Source: Octopus vulgaris (Eukaryota). Taken from it: a stretch of DNA of 64,000 nucleotides. Shown one piece after another: positions 39,157 through 51,140 of the stretch. The translations under genes and the position numbers were made by a program. The notes below the pieces were generated by a model. That model was not told the origin of the DNA and made no database searches. It was given only the letters and a program-made list of their open reading frames with translations. Location of the stretch: contig OX597818.1 of assembly GCA_951406725.2 (NCBI GenBank), positions 23,312,001 to 23,376,000 on the forward strand, read 5' to 3'. Positions within the stretch are counted from its first letter, which is position 1. Each line of letters starts with the position of its first letter.

Positions 39157-39441
39157 GCCTTAAAAAATGCTAACAAAAAAATGAAAAAAAATTATGTACC
39201 AAAACCAGAACCAGCTGTTGCAAAAGATTGCTTACCTCGCACTGAAACCCCAGAAACAAATCAGCCTGAACAAATTAAAGAAGAAAAAATAGGAGAATTG
39301 GTAACTGATGAAAAACCAACTGATATTGAATCTAAATGTAGTTCTCGCCAATCTGCTGCTAATGTCCAGGCAACTGAGGCAAAATCTGTAACTCCAAAAC
39401 CCTGCGAGAGACCAGAATCAAAATCTTCCTCTGTTCATTAG
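39157..39441 (+). CDS. CFAP126: CFAP126 terminal coding exon 5: ALKNANKKMKKNYVPKPEPAV...ESKSSSVH* (disordered P/E/K/S-rich tail)
   Basis: Polypyrimidine tract plus ttgtag acceptor, in frame with ORF 39181-39441, TAG stop; AATAAA at 39503 and 39607 downstream. Confidence 0.8.
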   Translation, partial: ALKNANKKMKKNYVPKPEPAVAKDCLPRTETPETNQPEQIKEEKIGELVTDEKPTDIESKCSSRQSAANVQATEAKSVTPKPCERPESKSSSVH

Positions 39442-39502
39442 TCATTTCCAACCAATCTTGATAAATATCTTAAACTGCCCAGTTATTGCCAAAAGCTTTG
39501 AA

Positions 39503-39612
39503 AATAAATTTCATGTCATTTCTATGGCATATTTATATCCACGCACTGCTAACTGTTCATTAATTTTTATGAACCGTATTTCTTAGTATGTTTGAAATAT
39601 TTTATCAATAAA
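39503..39612 (+). promoter_or_regulatory. Candidate polyadenylation signals of CFAP126 (AATAAA at 39503-39508 and 39607-39612)
   Basis: Canonical hexamers 60-170 nt after the stop codon; weak evidence in AT-rich DNA. Confidence 0.45.
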
Positions 39613-42084
39613 TGTCTTATCCTAGCCAAATAGTTTTCTGATATTTTTCTCCTAAAATAGTGGTAAGTGGCATAGAATTCTCAGGCAGTTAAAGATCTGA
39701 TATAGTTTCAAGAAACTGTTGAAACTATTTCCAATTTACCTTTTTTATTGATGCATTTGAGAAAGACATTTCACCTGCCCTAAAATTTTGAGTATCATCA
39801 TCATCATCATCATCATCATGGCATGGGTGGGACAAATCAGATTTAAATTTTGGCCCAGGTCTCCATGTTTGAGAATATCAATGTTTGGGTATATCAATGT
39901 TCACTTCTAATTCTGGTGTGTTTCTGTCTCCCTTTTTCTTCTCTATTCAATAGTGACTTTTTCCCTATTATTTTTAACAACATTTGTGTGTAGCTGATAT
40001 AGCCATAACTTATCTTTAACCTTCTACACACTGCTGTCATTCACATGCAACCTAAGCATCTCAATACACTAGAACCTTAAAACTTACACTCCCTGATAAG
40101 TATTTATGATAACCAAACATACCTAATATAACCAAAACTGCACCCTAAACACTAGATTTTTCCCTGTTGGGCAAGAAAATACTTAGGCAGCTGGCTCTTC
40201 GTAAAGTTAAAATATGGTTCACATTCGAGCACAATTCATTTATCTTTGATGATGATGATGTTACACACAAAGACATTGAAGTCTACATACAAAAAAGTAT
40301 TTTAGATCTACTTTAGCCAATTTTACCAGTCAGTTTTGCACACTCGAACTTGGGTAAAACCTAAACGCATCAGTAGAGCTGATAAGAAGAGTATGGTGAT
40401 GGTTGTTTCCTATCAGTGGTCATGAAGTTTGTGGATGTTATCAAAAACCAGAAACGAAAAAAATCGTGGAAGTAGTTCTAAAGGGAAGTTCGTCTAGAGT
40501 TATTGTCCTTGGGCAAGGATCAGAGTGCCTTAACGGTGTAAGAGATAAATGCCTATAGAATGTGGTTAGAGCTGAGATGCAAGTGGGATGGGAGTTGATG
40601 TTTGTGTCCTGGGCCCTTTTTCTGTAACCCATATGACAACTGAAATGATTTTTTTTCAGCTTTCAGGTAATGTTTGGACATTTGCTTTTAATAATCAATT
40701 TGATGTTCACTTAATTATTTCACATAGTTATATTCTATGTTTGTTGATAAATTATTTAAATAAATTATGAGTAAACTTTGCTGTTTTTGTGTTATGGATA
40801 CATACATGCGTACACATACACAAACACACACACACATATGTATACGGGTTAAGGCTACCGTTGGTTTCATGTTTAGGGAAGTCCCTCCACAAAATGGAGA
40901 CAAACACTGATGTTCCATATGACAGGCTTGATAATGGTTGAGTGATGCCCCTTAACATGAAACCAGTGGTAGTCTTAATGCATGAATAAATACTTTTTAT
41001 CCACCAATGAGGTGTTGAGTACTCATTCTCATTGTTCTATATTAACGTATATATAAGCCCTAGCTGGAAATGCAAATGGATAATGTGTAAGACTTGAATG
41101 GGAACAGGAGCATCTTCTTATGCCCAAGGTGTATTTTAAAGGTGCAAATATCCAAGTATTCTGAGATTTGAAGAAAATCCGAAATCTGAGGCATTTCCAG
41201 TGTCAGGTATATCAGATAAAGGATTATCAACTATATCTAGAGTATGGTCCGATTATTATAATTGCATAAGTGAAGGTGGAGGTAGGTGGGTGGTGGAGCT
41301 AATTCAGTTGCACTTCGTGACATCTAATAAGCTTGAACTACGAATCTACATCTGAGACATGGCTAATGCATTGTTCTTAGGCAATGGAAGACCTCTTCAA
41401 ACAACATAAAAATGAAACCAACATTCTATAAATAAACACATTAGAAAGTAGATTCTTATCCAGGAGAATCTTTCAACCAAACGGATTTCATTCAGAATCT
41501 GATGAAATTTCTGCTGGAGGTTGCACAAGCTATTCAAAGGACAATAAAAACAAACTCATCCTAAAATGTAATCTAAAATGCATTTCAACCTAAAATCTTA
41601 TCTAAGTCTGGTGATTAACATTATAGATTATAATCTTAAAATCCACTACTAATAAAGCTGCTTAGCAAAACTACAACTAGATCTGAAAGTACTTTCTTCT
41701 TCTGACCCCAATACATATAAGTAAAGATTTTCAAATTCTGAATCCAATACAGCTTATATTTAGAATGTTATTATAAAGATTATTATTAAAAATATTATAC
41801 AGTATTACATTATATAGAATATTTTGCAAGAAGCATAATGGTTAATGTAGCAAAGTATCAATTCCCTATCAGATCTCCAGTTTGATTTTTCACATTGAAG
41901 TTAAATGTCAAAGACAATTCCAGATTCAACCACAGATTAGTCTACACATAATATATTTTACACAAGTGCAAATAAGTTATATTAAAGATAATGTATTTAG
42001 TAGTAACATTGGGCTTTGTATATGGTGATTAACTAGTGCAAGTGATTTATATATATATATATATGTATGTCTGTATGTATGTAT

Positions 42085-42216
<132 letters not shown>

Positions 42217-42237
42217 ATACATACACATATACATAAA

Positions 42238-43337
42238 TCTTATACACAAATGGCAATTTCTGTCTGTCTGCTACCATCTTGCTGCCTACACCAGTGAACC
42301 AATCTTGACAAAACTTTGCATGCATGTTAAACTAACATCCAGTTGAATTATAGGCTAATTAGATTTCAATAAAAATCTATAATGGGCCCATTAAGTGGGT
42401 GCTGTAGCACATATTTACAAATCAACAACACATCAACTGATATGAATTAAGTAAGGCTTCTGTAAGGCTCACCCGTGCACTCCTTCATGTAAACAGCATG
42501 TGACTTTTGTGAGAACAACTCAGCTTTCCAAAAGGAAAACAAGTCTGCATGCAACGCCTATACATCACACTAAGGTCACATTAAGGACACGCTCAACTGC
42601 AGGATTCATGGATAGGACATAGAACAATGTAATGACCAATGACCTGGAAGCTGGTTCACCATGAGATTAATTTGATGAATTAAATTCAAATCACCATAAC
42701 ATCTTAATCATTTTTATTACGCAAAGCGTGATGGGGCCACGCTACGACACACGACAGCGCCAGCTACAATATGCAGACTATTTGTCAATGTACTTGTAAA
42801 TCTAACTATTTATTTTATTTTATTCAGATGCATATTGGTTTGTTAAAATAATATAGGGAGATTTCTTATTCATCCACTAATCGAATTAATAGTTTGTAAT
42901 ACCTATTTTTAGCATTAAGTTATTACCATAAACGACGGGTTGGGCATAAAGATGGGAACTGAACAGGAAATGGGATAGGAGATGGAACAGTGTAATGGTA
43001 AATGGGAACTGGGAATAACCCCCGCTTTCCCGGTATTTCTTCGTTTATTGAAATAATATAGGAACATTCCTTATTCACCCACTAATCGTATTAATAGTTT
43101 GTAATACCTATTTTTACCAATAAACTATTACCATAAAGGTTAATAAAATATTTAATGGCTTAATTACATCTAATTGATTCCAAAATTTATATATTGACAT
43201 AGGATTGGAGGTAGGAATGGGAGCGGAACTAAAACAGGAACTGAACAGGGAACGGAATAGGACATGAAACAGTGTAATGGGAACGGGAACTGGAAATAAT
43301 CCCCGCTTTTCCAGGTATTAGTGGGTAATTCAGCTAG
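42238..43337 (+). mobile_element. Non-autonomous Helitron-like element
   Basis: A|TCTTATAC start; cccgc..gtggg hairpin, then CTAG|T; internal duplicated segments (about 42840-43035 and 43045-43320). Confidence 0.6.
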
Positions 43338-43717
43338 TGTATATATATATATAGGAATAAAATTTATATATAAAGAACGTGAAATACACAAAGGGTCGAA
43401 CACGGAAAACAGACAAGTCATTCGAAGCATTCAATCTTCAGTCAGAAACCGAATCATCATGGCAAATTTTGGCTGTTTAATTCTGATATTTGCTCCAACT
43501 CGGCCAGCCCCAAGGAAAAAACTAAGCTGTGGGCATTAGATTTCTTGGTAGAAGGAAAGAATGTAAACGCAACATATATATATATATACTTTCGTGCATA
43601 TACACATATAGACAGACAGACAGACAGGCAGGAAGGCAGACAGGAAGGCAGACAGACAGATAGACAGACAGACAGGCAGACAGACAGGCAGGCAGGCAGG
43701 CAGGCGGGCAGGCAGGC

Positions 43718-43761
<44 letters not shown>

Positions 43762-43810
43762 GTGTGTGTGTGCATGCACATTGGAATGTAATGAACAAAA
43801 TTATTGAATA

Positions 43811-44540
43811 CTAGCAGTATAACCCGGCCTTGCCCGGGATTAAGTTACGATTATTAAGCTAATCAAGTTCTTTATTTCAAACCAAACTAAGTAATATAGA
43901 CGTCAAATTTTGGCAAAATCCGTTGAAATTAGTTATATTATATATATATATATATATAGTATAATATAAATATATATGGACAACAGACACGAACACACAT
44001 ACACACACGTACGTACGTACACCTATTGCATGCTTTGTGCACGCATACATGTTTATAAACAGAAATGAATGGAAAAAATGTTGTTAAATTTGTAGATTAA
44101 CACTCGCACGATTTTCACTAAAGTATATATACTATGATTATAAAATATAGTGTCTTTCAAAAACAAAAAACAAAACATCTTACATTTTATTTTTTATGAA
44201 CGTCATAACTTACTCTCTCTCTCTCCCTCTCTCACTTTGTCTTTCCCGTGAAACTCTCTGCCTCCTTCTTCCACTTTTCTTTATCTTATTTTTTTTTTTG
44301 TTAGACGCCATCAAAAAAGCCAAGGCTAATATTTTTCGAGGCTAAAAGCTATGTCTGAAAATAGATATTTACGCTACCCACGGGTGCCTCGGGGAAAAAA
44401 ATAAGTTGACAAAACCCAGATAGGATGTTGACAAATGTCCTCCTAAAATTGGAGCGACATGCGTGCTAATTTGTGAACGTGCATAAATTACAATCATGTA
44501 CACACACTCACACACGCACACACATCCTCCCTTTTATAGA
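43811..44540 (-). mobile_element. Non-autonomous Helitron-like element
   Basis: Minus strand: A|TCTATAAAAG start; 3' hairpin cccgg-gcaagg-ccggg, then CTAG|T. Confidence 0.72.
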
Positions 44541-45362
44541 TATGATTAATTTAGTTTGTTTAACACTTAAAAAACGATAGAAGGGAAATGTCTTAACGTT
44601 TTGGATGTTCGTTCTTCAACTGAAGAAAAGCTTAGGACGAAAAGAAGAAAATGATTGAAGAAAGAAAGGAAAACGGATGGATGGTTAGGAGCCTGGTGGG
44701 AAGGTTGTTTTATGGGGGAGCTGAGAAGAGCAGGTTGAGTGCACGTATAGGAGAGTAACTGTGTTTATAAATAGACATAAGGAATGAATGTGGTGTGTAT
44801 GTGGATTTTTATAGGGGTGTATGTCTGTAGAGGAGTGAAAGCGCTGAGGTATAGTGGCGTGGGTTAGTAAGAGTATGAGGTGTGATGTTTGTAATTGTAT
44901 TGAGTATGTGAGAAAAGAGTAGAAGTGAGGAGGAAGGAGCAGGCGTGAGCGTGAAGTAAAGTAGAAGGCAAAGGGAACGTAGAGAGTGTGATCAAAGTCC
45001 ATATAAGTGTATGAATGTGAGACGTACTTGTATGGAAGAAAGACATGAACAAGGGAAGGAAAGTTTGACGAACGGTAAGCATTCAAGATGAGATCAGAAA
45101 AACTAAAGAAAGAATAATTACAACACAGCACTGGTGCTAAAAGGGGTTTTTTGTGTACTGTGAGAGAAAATTAGTGAGGCATGAGGAACGGTGTAAAACA
45201 TATAAATGAAAAGGAGAACATTTTAAAAACTGAAAAAGGAACATGAGAAACAAGTAAAAGAAGAAAAATGCGATTTGAAGAAGAGGAGACAAGTAAGAGA
45301 AAAACAGAATCAAAATTAGAGAAAAATTAGTTACAATACAAAACTGATATGCAAATAAATTT

Positions 45363-45784
45363 GGATCTTTTCGGTTTGAACGGCAGTTTTTTCTAGCGGT
45401 GTCATATGAAATTGTCACCCATAATTATGACCCTAGTATCGATCTATTGCATTTCAATCTGTTTTAGGATTAAGGTTAGAGTTAGGGGTGGGGGAAGGGT
45501 ATCTTTTTTTCTTCACAAATGTAAATAAACCCAATCTGCTTCTTAAACGAGGGACATATTCATACGGTACAGAATGGTTTTTAACTCAACAGACGTCACT
45601 GATTGGTTGAAATTGCAGAAATTGAAGAAAAAAGACAACAAATATCTTACAAACTATAGAATTTTCTCAATAAAGCCAAGAGAAAAATATGTTTTATAAA
45701 CACATTCTATCAGTATACAAAGTTTAAAATTTTTTAGTTACCTAGAAATTATGTTAAAAACTGCCGTTCAAACCGAAAAGATCC
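45363..45784. mobile_element. MITE with ~28-bp GG-ended TIRs (Merlin-like), copy 1, flanked by a 42-bp direct duplication
   Basis: ggatcttttcggtttgaacggcagttttt ... aaaaactgccgttcaaaccgaaaagatcc; 45321-45362 matches 45785-45826 with 1 mismatch. Confidence 0.85.
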
Positions 45785-47962
45785 GAAAAATTAGTTACAA
45801 TACAAAACTGATATACAAATAAATTTTTAAGTTCGGTAAGACAAGAAAATTAAAAACACAATAACTCACCAATAAGAAGTCCAAGAAGGTTATACAACAG
45901 GCGCAAAGTTCGGGGAGGAAGGAATGTCTATAGTATTTGACGAACTGATAACGGTTGGTATGTTAGCACATGTAGAAGTTAAAGCATTTCTAAAGGGGGA
46001 AAAAAAACAGAGAGAATTTTCTTTTAATTACATGACTAGTGGAAAGTCTTGAGAATCAAAGATACTGAAGAAATGCCGGCAGTAAAATCGGGAAATAACA
46101 ACCGAAGAGATTAGAGTCAGAATACATGGCATAAAGGCGTAGAGAAGTATCATTTTATTTATATGGTGGGCGAAAATGGCAGAAAAGGAAATCGCTTAAA
46201 CAGAAAAGGGAATAACAGAACGAGGGTAAGAAATATAGGAAAAGAATATGTTGACGCCGGCATATGAGTATGTGTTTGCTAATGAGTTAGGTGTGAAACA
46301 GTTGTCAAACAAAGCAGGAATGGCAGGGGCGGAGGAAATTACGTGAATGACAATACGTGTGTGCGAATGTGTGTATGGGTGAATATACATTATTACGTTG
46401 GTGTGTGTGTAAGCAGAATGTGTATGCATTTACGTGTCTGTGTGGTGGTGGGCTTCAGATTGTGTATATTGGGGTGAGTTACACGTAGGGTGGGAGGGTG
46501 AGTGAAGTGCACAAGAGCGGTTTGGGAGAGGGGAATAAGGGAGACAAAGGGAAGTTTATAATGATGGGGCAACTGGGGAGGAAAATGTTAGAAAAATTGA
46601 GATGGAGAATTCAGACTGAAAAGTGTGTAAGTTTGGGGAGAGAACATAAGCTCCTCTTTTCCCTGGTGAGGAGTGATGAGTTTATCAATCTGGATGTTAA
46701 CACAGTTATGCGCTGTGCCATATCTCAAATATTGTTTGTGTTGGTAATGAAGGTCATCTTGAAGGCAGTGACGAGTATTATTGTTTAGACCTTGGAAATG
46801 GAAACTGAAAACCACCTCTAATAACCTTTATGGATGACAAGATAGTACCTTCCACGAGGGAGGAAGAAGTACATAGGATACTGAGGCAGTTAGATGAGGT
46901 AGTCACCTCACCCAGAATGAGATTCAAACCTAAGAAGTCACGGAGCCTCCTACTACGGTAGAGGAGGGTGAGTAGCTGTTTAGATCTCGTTCACTGTAGC
47001 CAACCAGCCAATTCCAGCAGTAGTAAAAAACTAGCCAAGAGCCTTGGATGTTCGTGTGACTGATTGTTCCTTGAATGACATAAAAAGGAAAATGAAGCTA
47101 AACAAATGACAGGAGAGAGCTTGTGGGAAATAGACCAGTGTGACTTCTGGTAAATACAAAGTTTGGTGCCCACATTTCATGCAAATACCAAAGCTCGTCC
47201 AGTCTTTCCTGATATGTGATAACAGCACTAGTGGAAATGATGGGCTAAGATTAATAAATACATAAGGAAATGGCTTAATGTCCCACCTTGCCTTATTCAT
47301 ATTGATTTCTACTGTCTCCAAGCAAAATTGAAGCTACCCCTAAAGTCAATCGCAGAATAATACAAGACTGGAAAAGCAAAGATTTTGTGTATGCTTGAAA
47401 ATGCAGAGGATAAGGTTGTGAGGACTAGCAGAAAATAACACGTTCAGAAAGTGGTGGATGCAGCAAAGAAGAGCCTCAAGTTTAGGGAAATATTGGAATA
47501 CATACAAAACACAAACTTGGTGAGGTGGAAGAAATTAGAAAACGCTACATGCCTACTCCACCAAGGCAGACAACTAGGTCATGTCCAGAGCTCATGCAAA
47601 GTGAGCCAGCCTAAAGAAGCTTGCATAGAGGACAATCAAATGCGTAAAAAGATCTTACATACTATGTGTACTGCAAGGGGAAAGATGGTGCCACCAGAAG
47701 ATCGACCAATGTTCCATATGGCAGAGGACAAAAGATTGTAGTCTGGAACAGCTGTCCCAATTGAACCATAGAAGCAGAGTCTAGTGGATGGAATAGATGA
47801 CTGGAAGTGCTCACATATGTAAAGTATAATAGCCATCTCAATATGGCTAACCACAAAGAGGGGTGTTACTGTAGCTTTTTAGCCCCAGGAGATCATCGTC
47901 TCCAGCTGGCTTTAGGCACACTATCTGTCCCCTTATGGTATTTGCAAAGGGAGGCCATCCCG

Positions 47963-48021
47963 GTGATTACCGCCCGTTGATAAGAGGCAATAACCTCGAA
48001 CCGCGGTCCGGTGCGTATCAC
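47963..48021 (+). ncRNA. Type I hammerhead ribozyme motif, U3-A8 variant (copy 1; GAA instead of GAAA)
   Basis: ccg-TTGATAA-gagg(caataa)cctc-GAA-ccgcgg-TC-cgg; one core A is missing; stem III region is the palindrome ccgcgg. Confidence 0.55.
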
Positions 48022-48315
48022 TTAGGCTTACGAGAAAGGGATGGCCTCCCTTTGCAAATACCATAAGGGCACAGATAGTGTGCCTAAAGCCAGCTGGAGA
48101 CGATGATCTCCTGGGGCTAAAAAGCTACAGTAACACCCCTTTGTGGTTAGCCATATTGAGATGGCTATTATACTTTACATTGTTGAGCGATTACTGTTTA
48201 CATCTCGTTCTGAGATTTAATAATGCTTGCAGACAGTTTTTCGAAATCAGTGGCAGAAGTCACTAGAAAAACTCTTATATATTTGCATACAGGCTTTTTC
48301 TTTAATCGTGATCCG

Positions 48316-48375
48316 GTGATTACCGCCCGTTGATAAGAGGCAATAACCTCGAAACTGCGGTCCGGTGCGTATCAC
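48316..48375 (+). ncRNA. Type I hammerhead ribozyme motif with U3-A8 core variant (copy 2)
   Basis: gtgat..ccg-TTGATAA-gagg(caataa)cctc-GAAA-ctgcgg-TC-cgg..atcac. Stems I and II pair, stem III is minimal, and the predicted cleavage is after GUC at 48362. Confidence 0.72.
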
Positions 48376-49188
48376 TTAGGCCTACGAGAAAGGGATGGCG
48401 TCCCTTTGCAAATACCATAAGGGGACAGATAGTGTGCCTAAAGCCAGCTGGAGACGATGATCTCCTGGGGCTAAAAAGCTACAGTAACACCCCCTTTGTG
48501 GTTAGCCATATTGAGATGGCTATTATACTTTACATTGTCGAGCGATTACTGTTTACATCTCGTTCTGAGATTTAATAATGAGTGCTCACATAGCCTTCCC
48601 GAAAATCTTATTCGGAAATCATGAACAAGAGTGATATAAAACTGGATATTGTACTCCACTCACTGTCATTTAACAAATAATTCTGGTTCAATTCAACGTG
48701 TCATATGAAAGCAAAATAGAGAAAGCCCACATCTAAAACATGGAAATTGTGGCAGTGACGCCATCAAATTGAGAGTATCTGACTGCCAAACCAAAGTTCT
48801 TATCATAGAGGTGAGAGCGAGAGGTTTGTGGGCGAATCTACCTACGACCTCATGAAACGGCTCGCAATTTCTGGGGAAAAGATAACTAAAGCTCTTAAGG
48901 CAATGCCGGAAGCAGCCGCAAAGTATCCCAACTAGATATGTAAGGTATAATTTACCTTACGTTCAACTGCTGCTTTAGACCAAAATGCTTACATCACACA
49001 TGGTACTTTGGATCTGGAGTACTTTAAACAGCAAGGAAGGTGGAGGTTACAATACAAATAATAGCACAAAATGTGGAAGCAGATGAGTATCCAAGAATTA
49101 TGACCTTGATGCGATCCGGCCACCTTAGAGTGTAAGGAGTACAGGTTCGAAACATTTGCATGAGATGGGCTTCTTGTTGGCAGACTTC

Positions 49189-49606
49189 GGATCTTTTCGG
49201 TTTAAACGGCAGTTTTTTCTAGCGGTGTCATATGAAATTGTCACCCATAATTATGTCCCTAGTATCGATCAATTGCATTTCAATCTGCTTTAGGGTTAGG
49301 GTTAGGGGTGGGGGAAGGGTATCTTTTTTTCTTCACATATGTAAATAAACTCAATCTGTTTCTTAAACGAGGGACATATTCATACGGCACAGAATGTTTT
49401 TTACCTCAATGGACGTCAATGATTGGTTGAAATTGCAGAAATGCAAGAAAAAAAAAACAACAAATATCTTACAAACTATAGAATTTTCTCAATAAAGCCA
49501 AGAGAAAAAGACGTTTTATAAACACATTCTACCAGTATACGAAGTTTAAAATTTTTTAGTTACCTAGAAATTATGTTAATCTCTGCCGTTCAAACCGAAA
49601 AGATCC
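49189..49606. mobile_element. Same MITE family, copy 2, 8-bp TSD cagacttc
   Basis: Highly similar to 45363-45784; TSD at 49181-49188 and 49607-49614; internal ttagggttagggttaggg. Confidence 0.88.
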
Positions 49607-50570
49607 CAGACTTCTTCTGTCCAAGCTCTACCTAGACTTACTCACTACCTATAGATATCTTTTGTTAAAAATACATTAGTATGCTTTATGCGCAGAGTTC
49701 CCCAAAATAGTTTTATTTGTTGTAAATTGAAAAAAGTTTGTAAGACATACCCTTCTATTTCAAATAAACAAAGAACTTTTGACACCATAGTCTTACATAC
49801 ACCTAAGAGACGTGATGGTCACGGCAAGAATACCTTTGAGCATAGATCTGCTCGATCAGAACTGACCAGGGACTAAACAACAATTATATGAAATAGGGGC
49901 TTCGTAGTCACCCGCTCACTGCCAGAAATAACAGACAGATTTCCCTTAAATTATACCCAGACGTCATTAAAAAGAGAGGCAAGGATACATTTCATATCAG
50001 ACGAAAGACTAGACAGTCACGAATGGAATGCCTTTTATTTTGTCTAGTTAGTTGAGCGTTAAACATCAACAACGCTGCACCCACGCATATATGCGCGCGC
50101 CCGCACACACACACATACCTCCACACACAAACACCCACACAAAAACACCCCCACACACACAAACGCGCGCCTCGCACGCATACACACCCATGTTAACTCG
50201 AATCACGTGTCTATATTATGCACTTCTCTGATCTGTTTTATTATTACCCACAAGGGGCAAAATGCACTTCTCTGATCGTTGATATTTGTCCTCTGGACAC
50301 TGGTGATATTCTCTCTCGCACGCACTCACTAACTCTCTCTTTCTCTATTTTCTGCTCTTCCATAAATACACATCCATATTACCCACACATACATATAAAC
50401 TATATTTCGATAGGAAGGGAGAAATACAACAAAAAGCTTAATTGTTTCAGAGCAATGCACTGTTAAAGTTTTTTTCCTTTTCTGGACACGTGCTAAATAC
50501 GTACCATTTTGTGAACTAATATAAATTTACTCGAGTACATCACAAAAATATATCGGAACATTGACATGGT

Positions 50571-50612
<42 letters not shown>

Positions 50613-51109
50613 TGTTTGTATACTATGACTGCAAACTTGTGTTCGAGTATTGCTGTTGCCTGACCGAAAGTCCCACATAGTGTGTACCGTTGGCGATTTT
50701 TTTCCCTCTGTCTTCCCTTCTCTGAACCTTTCCTTCTCCTATGTTTCCGACGAAGAGTTCCGCTCGAAACGTTAGACCCTCCTTCTTCCCTTCCTTCCTG
50801 AACGTCCAATAATACTATATTTGTTCCACGTCCTCGCGTTGTTGTGTTTTCTCTTTGTGTTTTCATGTTTGGATTAACTATATATATATTTTTTTTTTAT
50901 GCTCTGCTATGACTTAATTCCGAAACGTACGTCCGTAGGTGACTTAATATAGAATGATTTTCGTCATTTCTTTCTCTTTTGCTTTTTAAGTGCTTTGGTT
51001 TTACTGGAATCTCCCTTTTAAGTAGAAAGAATAGCCAAAACTTTTTGACTGCTATTTCTAAATTCGGTGTGTGGTGAGGCAAATCGTTGCTAAACCCTTA
51101 ATTACTTAG

Positions 51110-51138
<29 letters not shown>

Positions 51139-51140
<2 letters not shown>

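Larger units (their letters stand above)
22755..39441 (+). other. CFAP126: Gene model: Flattop / cilia- and flagella-associated protein 126, 5 coding exons, 609 nt CDS = 202 aa
   Basis: Exons 22755-22781, 33307-33363, 35151-35286, 36716-36819 and 39157-39441 join in frame with GT..AG boundaries. Motifs FSANQ-YEDAF, IIADNDGHLL and SPWGSFVDPWDFPLKVP match Flattop (human YSANQYEKAF...IIANDRGHLL...NPWGSFMGTWQMPLKIP, recalled). Confidence 0.88.
47817..48580 (+). mobile_element. Non-coding hammerhead-bearing tandem element (retrozyme-like or Penelope pLTR-like): inverted partial unit plus about 1.75 units of 354 nt, with an 11-12 bp TSD
   Basis: TSD agtgctcacat(a) at 47806-47817 and 48581-48592; 47960-48225 repeats at 48313-48580; 47817-47961 is the reverse complement of about 48038-48181. 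Confidence 0.8.
46640..49180 (+). mobile_element. Heavily degenerate REL-type non-LTR retrotransposon (HERO-like), interrupted at 47817-48580
   Basis: Remnants MRCAISQILFVLVM (GCxISPILF), PPLITFMDD, MRFKPKKSRSL, a zinc-knuckle trace and DIVLHS (PD..D REL motif). Confidence 0.65.

Noticed and set aside
43400-43545. Possible hammerhead-like PLE remnant (cttcagtcag..., ggctg/cagcc stem)
   Set aside because: Core nucleotides are too degenerate to support a call.
49290-49308. TTAGGG repeats as a telomere or interstitial telomere
   Set aside because: Only 3 units, internal to a MITE.
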